A program made the position numbers and the translations under genes. Under the pieces are notes generated by a model. That model made no database searches and was not told the DNA's origin. It saw nothing but the letters and a program-made list of their open reading frames with translations. Shown in pieces: positions 28,207-37,299 of a stretch of 64,000 bases of DNA (position 1 is the stretch's first letter; each line of letters begins with the position of its first letter). Location of the stretch: positions 335,356 to 399,355 of the forward strand of contig DAOSEM010000001.1 of assembly GCA_035363115.1 (NCBI GenBank), written 5' to 3'. This DNA comes from Syntrophales bacterium (GTDB lineage Bacteria; Desulfobacterota; Syntrophia; Syntrophales; PHBD01).

Positions 28207-30617
28207 AGAATAGAAGGACAGCGGCAAAACGATCGATCCGGAATATCGTGAGCGAGCGGATCCTGATCCTCGACGGGGCCACGGGGACGGAGCTCCAGAA
28301 GCGGGGAATGCCCGCCGGGGTCTGCCCCGAGGTGTGGTGTCTCGAGCACCCGAGGCACACCGGGGAGATCCACCGGGCCTACGCCAGGGCAGGATCGGAT
28401 GTCATCTTCACCTGTACCTTCGGGGCCAACCGCCTCAAGATGGAGACGTACGGCATTGCGGGTGTGCGGGAGATCAACCGGGACCTGGCCCGCCTGGCGC
28501 GGGAGGCCGCCGGCCCCGGCGTGTTCGTCTTCGGGGACATCGGATCCACGGGCCGGTTCGTCGAGCCCTTCGGCCCCCTCGGGTTCGAGGAGGCCGTGGC
28601 GATCTTCCGGGAGCAGGTGCGGGGTCTCCTGGAGGGCGGCGCCGACGGGTTTGCCGTCGAGACCATGATCGACATCCAGGAGGCCCGGGCGGCCCTCCTG
28701 GCGATCCGCGAAGAATCCGATGCCTTTGCCATCGTGTCCATGACCTATGAAGCCGACGGACGGACCCTTGGCGGGACGGACCCGCTGACGGCCCTGGCGA
28801 TCCTCCAGGGTCTCGGGGCCGACGCCGTTGGCTGCAACTGCTCCGTGGGACCCGAGGCGATGGCGGAAATGGTCCGGGCCGTGAAGCCCTATGCGAAGGT
28901 CCCCCTCGTCGCCAAACCGAATGCGGGCCTGCCCCGCCTTGTTGAGGGACGGACCGTTTTCGACATGACGCCCGATGCCTTCGCCCGTGCGGCCGTTACA
29001 ATGGTTGAGGCGGGAGGAAACCTCCTGGGCGGCTGCTGCGGGACGACGCCGGAGCATATCCGCGCCCTCGCCGATGCGGTCCGGGACCGGAAGCCCGGGG
29101 CGCCGAACCGCCGGCCCCCGGCCGTGCTCAGCAGCGCCCGGGGCTGCCGGGTTCTCGAAGACGGTCCCCTGATGATCGTGGGCGAGCGGATCAACCCCAC
29201 CGGCAAGAAAGCCCTCCAGGAGGAGCTCCGGGCGGGAAGCATGGAGACGGTCCGCCGGATGGCCCGCGAACAGGAGGAGGCCGGGGCGGATCTCCTGGAC
29301 GTCAACGTCGGCGTCCCCGGCATCGACGAGGTGAAGACCGTCCGGGAGGTGATCGGCAGTGTCATCAGCGTCACCGCCCTGCCCCTGGTGATCGACTCCT
29401 CCCGGGTGGAGACCATCGAGGCGGCCCTTCGGCTTTACCCCGGCCGGGCCTTGATCAATTCGATCTCGGGGGAGAGGGACAAGCTCGACCGGCTGCTGCC
29501 GCTGGCCGCCCGCTACGGGGCCATGTTCATCCTCCTTCCCCTGAAGGGCCGCGAGGTGCCGGAGACCTTCGAGGAGCGGCGGGAGATCGTCCGCGAGGTC
29601 CTGAGGGAAGCGAAACGGTATGGGCTGACGAAGGAAGACGCCGTTGTGGACGCCCTGGTGATGACCGCCGCGTCGAGGCCCGCGGCGCCCCGGGAGACCC
29701 TGCGGACCGTGGAGTGGTGCGCCCGCAGCCTGCGCTGCCGGACGATCGTGGGGCTCTCCAACGTGTCCTTCGGGCTGCCGGAACGGCGGTGGATCAACGG
29801 GTCCTTTCTGGCCATGGCGCAGACCCTGGGCCTGACGATGGCTATCGCCAACCCGGGGCAGGAAGAGCTCATGAGCCTGAAGATGGCCGGCGACGTCCTC
29901 CTGGCGAAGGACCGGAATGCCGCCGCCTATGTCCGGCGCTTCTCCGCAATCCGGAAGGAGCCGGAGCCGGCGGCCGCTGCGGATCCCGCCCGGCGGGTGG
30001 CCGACGCCATCCTGGAGGGGGACCGCGACGCCGTGGTCGCCCGCGTCGAGGAGGCCCTGTCCGCGGGCATCGGTGTCGGGGATCTGGTGGAGGGCACGAT
30101 GATCCCGGCGGTAGTCCGGGTGGGGGACCTCTACGAGCAGAAGCGCTACTTCCTGCCCCAGCTCATCGCCGGGGCGGAGGCCATGCAGCGGGCCATGGAT
30201 CACCTGGAGCCCCGCCTCCGTGGGGATGCGGCCCGGGCCCCCAGGGGATCGGTCGTCCTGGCCACGGTGGAGGGGGACATCCACGACATCGGAAAAAACA
30301 TCGTCTCCCTGATGCTCCGCAACGCCGGCTGGCGGGTGGTGGACCTGGGGAAAGACGTGAGCGCCGCCCGCATCGTCTCGGCCATGGAAGAAGTGCGGCC
30401 CCGGGCCGTGGGCCTGTCGGCCCTGATGACGACAACCATGGTTCACATGAAGCAGGTGATCGACCTGGCCCGGGAAAATGGGTTCCGGACGCCGTTTCTT
30501 GTCGGCGGCGCCGTGGTCACCCGGGAGTACGCGGACTCGATCGGGGCCGCCTACGGGAAGGACGGCGTGGAGGCCGTCCGGGTCCTGGAGGCCCTGCCCC
30601 CAGCGGAGGATTCCTGA
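28203..30617 (+). CDS. metH: methionine synthase core (Hcy-binding, pterin-binding and B12-binding domains; no activation domain)
   Basis: ILILDGATGTELQ...GGCCGTTPEHI (zinc Cys), pterin-binding barrel, cobalamin motif GDIHDIGKNIV...SALMTTT. It ends right after the B12 domain. Confidence 0.9.
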   Translation: MKNRRTAAKRSIRNIVSERILILDGATGTELQKRGMPAGVCPEVWCLEHPRHTGEIHRAYARAGSDVIFTCTFGANRLKMETYGIAGVREINRDLARLAREAAGPGVFVFGDIGSTGRFVEPFGPLGFEEAVAIFREQVRGLLEGGADGFAVETMIDIQEARAALLAIREESDAFAIVSMTYEADGRTLGGTDPLTALAILQGLGADAVGCNCSVGPEAMAEMVRAVKPYAKVPLVAKPNAGLPRLVEGRTVFDMTPDAFARAAVTMVEAGGNLLGGCCGTTPEHIRALADAVRDRKPGAPNRRPPAVLSSARGCRVLEDGPLMIVGERINPTGKKALQEELRAGSMETVRRMAREQEEAGADLLDVNVGVPGIDEVKTVREVIGSVISVTALPLVIDSSRVETIEAALRLYPGRALINSISGERDKLDRLLPLAARYGAMFILLPLKGREVPETFEERREIVREVLREAKRYGLTKEDAVVDALVMTAASRPAAPRETLRTVEWCARSLRCRTIVGLSNVSFGLPERRWINGSFLAMAQTLGLTMAIANPGQEELMSLKMAGDVLLAKDRNAAAYVRRFSAIRKEPEPAAAADPARRVADAILEGDRDAVVARVEEALSAGIGVGDLVEGTMIPAVVRVGDLYEQKRYFLPQLIAGAEAMQRAMDHLEPRLRGDAARAPRGSVVLATVEGDIHDIGKNIVSLMLRNAGWRVVDLGKDVSAARIVSAMEEVRPRAVGLSALMTTTMVHMKQVIDLARENGFRTPFLVGGAVVTREYADSIGAAYGKDGVEAVRVLEALPPAEDS

Positions 30618-30621
30618 AGCC

Positions 30622-31350
30622 ATGACGCAGATCCGCCTTCCCTCCCGGCAGAGGGACATCCGGATTTCTCTCCTGGTGTCGGCGGCCCTTCATGCCACCG
30701 TGGTGGTGCTCCTGCTTATGGCCACCGCCGAATCCGGCCTGCCGAAGCTCCTGAAGGCGGAGGGGACGAATCTGATCGTCTCCTGGATCTCCGTGGTGCC
30801 GGCGGTTCAAGAGACCGCTGTGGCTCCGGCGGGCAGGGCGGCTCCGCGCATTTCCACGCCGCCGGTTTCGGTTCCGCAAACGAAGGCGCTGCCCGGACCG
30901 CAGGAGGAACACGCGGCGCCCGAGGCGGCGGTGGAGGCAGGGCGGATGACCTATACCCCGGCCGCCTTGACGGCTGCCGTATCGGGCCGGGTGGCGGGTG
31001 TCCCAGGCGTTCCGGCGGCGTCTGTACCGACCGGAAGCGGAGCCTCCGGGGCGGTTCCGACCGCGGCGCTTCCGCGCTACCGGGACAATGCCAGGCCCGC
31101 GTACCCGCTTGCGGCCCGGCTCCGCGGATACGAGGGGATGGTGCTCCTGTCCGTGGACGTGTCCGCCGAAGGCCGGGTGGACGGCCTCACGGTGAAGCGG
31201 TCGTCGGGTTACGAAGTCCTGGACCGGTCCGCCCTGGAGGCCGTCCGGACCTGGACGTTCGAGCCGGCCCGGCGGATGGGCCGGCCGGTCGGGATGCGCG
31301 TGGATATCCCCGTGAAGTTCGTACTCCACGGGGAGGAGTCCCTGTCCTGA
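30622..31350 (+). CDS. TonB family energy transducer
   Basis: N-terminal TM ISLLVSAALHATVVVLLLM, Pro/Ala-rich linker, C-terminal YPLAARLRGYEGMVLLSVDVSAEGRV...SGYEVLDRSALEAVRTWTFEPA. Confidence 0.75.
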   Translation: MTQIRLPSRQRDIRISLLVSAALHATVVVLLLMATAESGLPKLLKAEGTNLIVSWISVVPAVQETAVAPAGRAAPRISTPPVSVPQTKALPGPQEEHAAPEAAVEAGRMTYTPAALTAAVSGRVAGVPGVPAASVPTGSGASGAVPTAALPRYRDNARPAYPLAARLRGYEGMVLLSVDVSAEGRVDGLTVKRSSGYEVLDRSALEAVRTWTFEPARRMGRPVGMRVDIPVKFVLHGEESLS

Positions 31351-31358
31351 AATCTCTG

Positions 31359-31949
31359 ATGGAGGAAATCGACCCTATGGACCTGTCTCAAAGCCGGGAT
31401 CGCCTGGCGGAGCTGATTCTCCGCCGATCCTTTCAATACCGGGAGGACCCGCCGTTCACCCTGGCCTCCGGGAAGACGAGCTTCTACTACTTCAACTGCA
31501 AGCCGGTGACCCTGGATCCCGAGGGGATGAACCTGATCGGCCGCGTCCTCTTCGGGATGGTCCGCGGCACCGGCGTCACCGCCGCCGGAGGCCTGACCCT
31601 GGGGGCGGATCCCCTGGCCAACGCCCTGTCGGTTATCTCGTTCCAGGAGGGCGAGCCGATCAAGTCGTTCATCGTCCGGAAGGACGTGAAGGCCCACGGG
31701 ACAAAGAGCGCCGTCGAGGGGAACGTGGCGAAGGGAGAGCACGTGGTCGTCCTCGACGACGTCATCACGACGGGGGGATCGACGATCACGGCCATCGAGA
31801 GGGTCCGCGAGGCGGGCCTCATCGTGGACCGCGTCATCGCCCTCATCGACCGGGAAGAGGGAGGGCGTGAAAACATCCTGGCCCTGGCGGGCCGCGTCGA
31901 TGCCGTCTTCACCCGGACCGAGATCATGGAGCGGTACAAAAAAAGCTGA
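31359..31949 (+). CDS. pyrE: orotate phosphoribosyltransferase
   Basis: FTLASGKTSFYYFNCK...VVVLDDVITTGGS (PRPP motif). Confidence 0.9.
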   Translation: MEEIDPMDLSQSRDRLAELILRRSFQYREDPPFTLASGKTSFYYFNCKPVTLDPEGMNLIGRVLFGMVRGTGVTAAGGLTLGADPLANALSVISFQEGEPIKSFIVRKDVKAHGTKSAVEGNVAKGEHVVVLDDVITTGGSTITAIERVREAGLIVDRVIALIDREEGGRENILALAGRVDAVFTRTEIMERYKKS

Positions 31950-31991
31950 GCCCCGCTGCTTTCAGGAGGAGCGGGTCCATCGCGGGCTCCA

Positions 31992-33284
31992 ATGCCGAAA
32001 GCAATGAAGAAATCAGCGAAAAACGGGCAGACCGCTTCGAAGATCCGTTCGATCGAGCAGCGTTACCGACGGATTTTTGAGGCGCTCAGCAAGTCGGAGC
32101 AGGAGAAGTCGGTCATCCTCGACGCCATGACCGAGCTGGTCCTGTATCTCGATACGGACATGCGGATCATCTGGGCCAACAAGGCCATGCACGACGCCTT
32201 CCGCCTCGTGCCGGGCCGGTTGACCGGAAAGCACTGCTACCGGGCGCTGCACCGCCGAACCAGGACCTGCAGCATCTGCCCGGCGGAAAAAACCCTCGAA
32301 TCCGGCGAGCCCCGGGAAGTCGTCGATTTTTCATCATACGGGAAAAACTGGGTGCTCCGCAGCTATCCCGTCCGGAATGAAAAGGACATTCTCACCGGCG
32401 TCGTCGAAATCGTCACGGACACCACCGAGCGCATCCGCGCCGAGGAGGCGATGCGCCTCTCGGAGCAGAGATACCGCGAGCTTTTCGAAAACGCCACCGA
32501 CATCATCTTCATTCTGGACCTGAAAGGCCGGATCCTCTCCTGCAACGCCTCCGTCTCCAGGACGTACGGCTACGAAAAGGAACAGCTCCTGGGGCGCAGC
32601 ATCGAGACCCTTCTGGACCGGGACTATGTGCCCGTCGTCCGGGACCTGATCCGGAAAAAGCGGGATGGCCTGCAGGTTCCGAACCCCATCGAATTTCTCA
32701 CCTGCACAAAGGACGGCGGGATCGTCTGGCTGGAGGTGAGCGCCCGGATCGTGAAGGAAAACGGGCGGCAGGTGTCGATCCACGGCATTGCCCGCAACAT
32801 CACCGAGCGCAAGCTGATGGAGGAGGCCCTGAAGAAGAGGGAGCGGGAGTTGGAGGAACAGTCCCGCAACCTGGAGGACGCCAACACGGCCCTGAAGGTT
32901 CTGCTCAAGCGCCGGGAAGAGGACAAGTCGGAGCTGGAGGAGAAGGTCACCTTCAACATGAGGGCGCTGATCCTGCCGTACATCGAAAACCTGAAGATCA
33001 CCCATCTCGACAGCCACCAGCGGAATCAGCTCGACATCCTCGAGCGAAACACGAGCGAGATCGTTTCCCCGTTCCTGCGCACCCTCTCCTCGAAATACCC
33101 CAATCTCACGCCGATGGAGATCAAGGTGGTCAATTTCATCAAGGAAGGGCGCACGACGAAGGAAATGGCGGCTCTTCTGCACGCATCCGCCCGGACCGTG
33201 GAGGTCCACCGGGACAACATCCGGAAAAAGATCGGACTGAGGAACCGGAAGGCGAATCTGCGGTCTCATCTGCTGTCTCTCTGA
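31992..33284 (+). CDS. PAS-domain LuxR-family transcriptional regulator (no receiver domain)
   Basis: Two PAS-like segments, a coiled-coil stretch, and a C-terminal LuxR HTH LTPMEIKVVNFIKEGRTTKEMAALLHASARTVEVHRDNIRKKIGL. Confidence 0.8.
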   Translation: MPKAMKKSAKNGQTASKIRSIEQRYRRIFEALSKSEQEKSVILDAMTELVLYLDTDMRIIWANKAMHDAFRLVPGRLTGKHCYRALHRRTRTCSICPAEKTLESGEPREVVDFSSYGKNWVLRSYPVRNEKDILTGVVEIVTDTTERIRAEEAMRLSEQRYRELFENATDIIFILDLKGRILSCNASVSRTYGYEKEQLLGRSIETLLDRDYVPVVRDLIRKKRDGLQVPNPIEFLTCTKDGGIVWLEVSARIVKENGRQVSIHGIARNITERKLMEEALKKRERELEEQSRNLEDANTALKVLLKRREEDKSELEEKVTFNMRALILPYIENLKITHLDSHQRNQLDILERNTSEIVSPFLRTLSSKYPNLTPMEIKVVNFIKEGRTTKEMAALLHASARTVEVHRDNIRKKIGLRNRKANLRSHLLSL

Positions 33285-33321
33285 TCGGCGGCGGTCCGCG
33301 AAGGCCGGCACGTATTTGAAC

Positions 33322-33338
33322 TACGTATAGAATACGTA
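33322..33338. promoter_or_regulatory. candidate operator: perfect 17-bp palindrome TACGTATAGAATACGTA
   Basis: Seen directly. An extra ACGTAT half-site lies at 33310-33315. The palindrome sits between the LuxR-type gene and the downstream redox operon. Confidence 0.35.
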
Positions 33339-33482
33339 ATCTTTCCGGATTGCCCTGTTCCAGAATCGGTGGTTTTGTTCCATCATGCGTTACCCCGGGG
33401 GTTCCCGGCGCGGAAATTCGAGGGGGATTCTCCGTCTCCGGAGAGTTCTGTCAGCCTGTCCACTTAAGCGGGGGGAAAATCG

Positions 33483-34022
33483 ATGACGAAAGAAGAGAAG
33501 ATCGAGGAAATCCGCCAGCGGGCCCGAAAGAATTTCTCGCTCGGATACAACTGCGCCGAGTGCGTGACCGAGGCCATTCTTTCCCTTGTCGACACGGGGC
33601 TGCCGGCGGAGGTGAAGAAGTGCGCCACGGGCTTCGGCGGCGGGATCGGGCTGTTCGGAGACACCTGCGGAGCGCTTGCCGGGGCCGTCATGGCCGTCAG
33701 CGCAGTCCACGGGAGAAGCAACCTTCCTGAAGGCGAGGGCAAGGAGGCGGTGAAGAAAGCCGCGGATCAGCTCTATGGAAGGCCCGGCCTGTACCGGCTG
33801 TTCAACATCATTCCCAACCGGTTCCAGACCAAGTACGGGAAAACCCTTTGCCGTGAGCTTACCACCCAGTGGCAGTCCACCTGGCTCTGCCGTGATCATG
33901 CGCTCTTCTGCAGGGATCTCATCACCGAGGCGGCGGGTATTGCGGGGGAGCTGGTTCTTTCCGACCGGGAGGCGCTGGCTTCGGGGAACTTCGGAACCAA
34001 CGTCGAAAACCTGAAAGACTGA
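33483..34022 (+). CDS. C_GCAxxG_C_C family redox-active protein
   Basis: GYNCAECVTEAIL...GFGGGIG..GDTCGALAGAVMAV...CRELT...C. Confidence 0.8.
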   Translation: MTKEEKIEEIRQRARKNFSLGYNCAECVTEAILSLVDTGLPAEVKKCATGFGGGIGLFGDTCGALAGAVMAVSAVHGRSNLPEGEGKEAVKKAADQLYGRPGLYRLFNIIPNRFQTKYGKTLCRELTTQWQSTWLCRDHALFCRDLITEAAGIAGELVLSDREALASGNFGTNVENLKD

Positions 34023-34037
34023 CAGGAGATCAACGAC

Positions 34038-35372
34038 ATGAGTCAACGATTGGTGGTCATTGGTGGCGGGGCTGCAGGTCCTTCCACGGCGGCGGAAGCC
34101 AAGCGGAGGAACAAGTCTTTCGATGTATGCATGATCGAGGGCGGCGACTTTGTCTCCTATGCCGCCTGACCGATGCCTTATTACATCGGTGATGTAATCA
34201 AGGACTACAAGCGGTTGGTGATCCGGACGCCGGAAGAGTTCGGGAAGACGGGAATCGAGGTTAAGATCAGGACCCGGGCCCTTGATATTGATCTCCGGAA
34301 AGGACTGGTCCATCTGTCCGATGATTCCAGCATTCCCTATGACTTCCTGGTCATGGCGACGGGTGCTGAGGCCGTACGCCTGGATATCCCGGGGGCCGAT
34401 CTGGAAGGAGTCTTCGTCCTGAGAAACCTGACGGATGCCCTGCGTTTCAAATCCTACCTGAACGAGCACAATTGCCGGAAGGCCGTTCTGATCGGCGGTG
34501 GTTTTATTGCGATGGAGATGTGCGAGGCCCTCAGGAACCTGGGAATTGAGACAACCGTGATGATCCGGGGTTGCCGGCCGGTCACCCGCTGGGATCCCGA
34601 GTTCACGAACCTGATTGTCGAGGAGCTGAAGCAAAACGATGTGACCTTTCTGCCGGAAACGAAGCCCCTGTCCATTGAAAGAGGAACGAACGGCGGACTT
34701 GTGCTGAACACGGACAAGGGCGAGGTGGCTGCCGACATTGTCTTGTCGGGAGTGGGCATACACAGCAGTACGAAGCTGGCGAAGGCCATCGGCCTGGAAA
34801 TGGGGGCAAGCGGGGCCATCAAAGTGGATCATCGGCAGCGGACCTCCATCGAAGGGATCTACGCCGTCGGTGACTGCTGCGAGGTTTTTCACAAGGTTGC
34901 CGGGCGCTGGGTCTATTTGCCCCTGGGAGACATCGCCAACAAGCAGGGCCGGGTGGCCGGCCAGAATATCGGTGGACACATGGCGGAATTCCCGGGGGTT
35001 GTCGGTGCGCAATCGTTCAAGGTGTTCGATCTCGAGGTCGGGGCTGCGGGGCTGACAGAGGACGAGGCCGTCCGCTATGGATTCCAGCCGGTCAGCACGA
35101 TGATCTGGGGTCTTCCCATCGGGCGCCCCATGTCGAGAGGCGAGAAGTTGGGCGTGAAACTCATTGCCGACAAAACCTCGGGAAGACTCCTCGGCGGACA
35201 ATGCATCGGCGAAAAAGGAGCCATCCAGCGAACCTTTGCCCTGTCGGTTGCCCTGTGGTCGGAACTGAGCATCGACGAGGTGGGGTATCTGGACTTGCCC
35301 TACTCCCCGCCTTTCGGAGGTGCCTGGGACGCGATTCACGTTGTGGCCCAGTCCCTGCGGGCCAGGATGTAG
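34038..35372 (+). CDS. CoA-disulfide reductase / NADH oxidase family flavoprotein with in-frame TGA (probable selenocysteine at codon 44)
   Basis: ATG 34038 gives MSQRLVVIGGGAAGPSTAAEAKRR...DFVSYAA-TGA(34167-34169)-PMPYYIGDVIKD, in the same frame as track ORF 34173..35372. The N-terminal GxGxxG is supplied only by the upstream 43 codons. The TGA sits where the family has its catalytic Cys. A SECIS-like hairpin follows. Confidence 0.75.
34176..34203 (+). promoter_or_regulatory. SECIS-like recoding hairpin
   Basis: CCTTATTACATC-GGT-GATGTAAT(C)AAGG forms 12 bp with one bulged C and an apical GGU. The stem begins after a 6-nt gap from the UGA, and the loop is about 20 nt after it. Confidence 0.55.
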
Positions 35373-35459
35373 CCGGCAGGCATCCTGCCGGAAGGCAGGA
35401 AGGGCCGATGAGAGCGCCCCCTTGGGCAGATGAATGGCGGGACGGAAGGCAGGTACCGG

Positions 35460-35837
35460 ATGAAGAAAAAAGCGAAGAAAGCAGACACAAGCGCGGTTGA
35501 ATCAGGGTTTGACGTGGTCAGCGTCCATATCGGGACAGAAGATCCGGTTGTCTACAGGGGACTGGGCGGAACGTTCGCCAGTTTCGCCGACAGCTGCCTT
35601 CGCAAGCGGGTCCTGCCGGGCTTCCATCAAAAGGGGCTGATCGCGGAAGCGGAGCCGAAAGAGTCGGGCCTTGTCCTCTGCTTATCCGGCAAGCGCAGCG
35701 AGAAAAGGCTTCGGGAAATCATGGACATCGCGTTGGTCAACACGGGAGCCTATCCTTCCAGGGGGGGGAAGGCTGGATTTTCCATAAACGTCACATCAAA
35801 GATGCAGGACGTGAAAAGGAGGAAATCATGGCTCTGA
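35460..35837 (+). CDS. hypothetical protein (125 aa)
   Basis: MKKKAKKADTSAVESGFDVVSVHIGTEDPVVYRGLGG...; its 3' end overlaps the next gene start by 10 nt. No family recognised, and the RBS is weak. Confidence 0.4.
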   Translation: MKKKAKKADTSAVESGFDVVSVHIGTEDPVVYRGLGGTFASFADSCLRKRVLPGFHQKGLIAEAEPKESGLVLCLSGKRSEKRLREIMDIALVNTGAYPSRGGKAGFSINVTSKMQDVKRRKSWL

Positions 35838-37279
35838 AGACGGCGAACGAGTTTTTGGACACCATCCGGAAAATGAAGCCCCGCGTATACTGCGGGGGGA
35901 AATGGGTGACCGGCCTGCTTGACAACCCGGTCACGCGGTCCATGGTCATGGCCAACTCGGCAATCTACGGCCTGGCCGAGGATCCGGCCAACAAGGAGGT
36001 GATGGTGGCGACCTCCCACCTGACAGGGGAGCCGATCAACCGCAACCTGAACGTCGCCCGGAACATCCACGACCTGGACATGCGTCAGGAGATGGCGCTC
36101 CTCACAAGCCAGACGGTGGGCACCTGCAACTACCGCTGCGTCGGCTGCGATGCCCTCAACAGCCTGGCCGCCACGACGTGGGAGATGGATCAGGCCCTGG
36201 GGACGAACTACGAGGAGCGGTTCAACAAATGGCTGGCCTTTGCCCAGGCCAACGACCTGGCCGTGTCCGGAGCCATCACCGACGCCAAGGGCGACCGGAA
36301 GAAACGCCCCTCCCAGCAGGATGAGATCGACACCTTCGTCCACCTGGTGGAGAAGCGAGACGACGGCATCGTGGTCAGGGGGATCAAAGTGAGCCAGAGC
36401 GGCGCCATCGGCTCCCATGAAACCCTGGTGCTTCCGGGCGGGGCCCTCAAAGAGGGGGAAGAGAAGTTCGCCCTGGCTTTTGCAGTCCAGAACAGCGTCC
36501 CGGGGCTGTCCTACATCTGCCAGTACAACGCCTACTCCGCGGAGCGGGAGATGTTCGGCGACGAGGAATGCGAGCTGGGGAACCCGATTTACGGCCAGCG
36601 GGAGACCTCGACGATGGTGTTCGACAACGTCTTCATCCCCTGGGAGCGGGTTTTCCTCTGCGGCGAGACCAAGTACTGCGGGCGGATGGTCACCCGGTTC
36701 GCCAAGGCCCACCGCATGAACTGCGGAGGGGCCTGCAAGGTGGGGTTCGCCGACCTGATCATCGGCGGCACCATGCTGGCCGCCGAGTACATCGGAGTGG
36801 AAAAGGTCCCCCACATCCAGGAGAAGATCATCGATATGGTCCGTTTCAGCGAAACCTCCCACGCCTGCGCCATCGCGGCCGCCATGAGGGGGCGGGAGGA
36901 GCCGAAGGGCTCCGGTGTCTACCTGCCGGACGACCTGTTCGGCAATGCCGCCAAGCTGAACATTGCCCACGGGTTCTGGGAGATCATCAAGAACGCCGGG
37001 GACATCGGCGGCGGCCTGGTGGTGACCATGCCGAGGCTGAAGGATCTGGAGGACCCGGAAGTCGGCCCCGTTCTGAAGAAGGCCTTCGGGGCCGCGGCTC
37101 CGGCGGACAAGCGGCTGAAAGTCGCCAAGTTCCTGCAGCACTGGTCGGCGGGACTTCACGGGCCCGGGACCTGGCATGGCGCCGGCGCCCCCCAGACCCA
37201 GCGGTTCATGTTCACGGTGCTGACGGATTTCGACGCGAAGAAGAAGATGGCCAAGAAGATTATGGGGATGAAGGACTGA
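35828..37279 (+). CDS. abfD: 4-hydroxybutyryl-CoA dehydratase / vinylacetyl-CoA isomerase family protein (HpaB-like fold)
   Basis: MALKTANEFLDTIRKMKPRVYCGGKWV..., Cys pair in GTCNYRCVGCDAL as in the Fe-S site of AbfD. About 483 aa. Confidence 0.8.
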   Translation: MALKTANEFLDTIRKMKPRVYCGGKWVTGLLDNPVTRSMVMANSAIYGLAEDPANKEVMVATSHLTGEPINRNLNVARNIHDLDMRQEMALLTSQTVGTCNYRCVGCDALNSLAATTWEMDQALGTNYEERFNKWLAFAQANDLAVSGAITDAKGDRKKRPSQQDEIDTFVHLVEKRDDGIVVRGIKVSQSGAIGSHETLVLPGGALKEGEEKFALAFAVQNSVPGLSYICQYNAYSAEREMFGDEECELGNPIYGQRETSTMVFDNVFIPWERVFLCGETKYCGRMVTRFAKAHRMNCGGACKVGFADLIIGGTMLAAEYIGVEKVPHIQEKIIDMVRFSETSHACAIAAAMRGREEPKGSGVYLPDDLFGNAAKLNIAHGFWEIIKNAGDIGGGLVVTMPRLKDLEDPEVGPVLKKAFGAAAPADKRLKVAKFLQHWSAGLHGPGTWHGAGAPQTQRFMFTVLTDFDAKKKMAKKIMGMKD

Positions 37280-37299
37280 TCCCGCAGAAGCCGGAACGG

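Noticed and set aside
28116-30659. 847-aa ORF antisense to metH. Similar long antisense ORFs occur at 55764-58664, 33390-35339, 9027-11003, 35750-37432 and 18845-20332.
   Set aside because: These have the same GC-driven artefact signature: Arg/Pro/Gly-rich and no motifs. In every case the sense strand carries a confidently recognisable gene.
34173-35372. ORF-track version of the flavoprotein gene starting at MPYYIGD
   Set aside because: It would lack the N-terminal GxGxxG FAD-binding fold. The same frame is open upstream to ATG 34038 apart from one TGA at the catalytic-Cys position, so the longer Sec-containing model is preferred.
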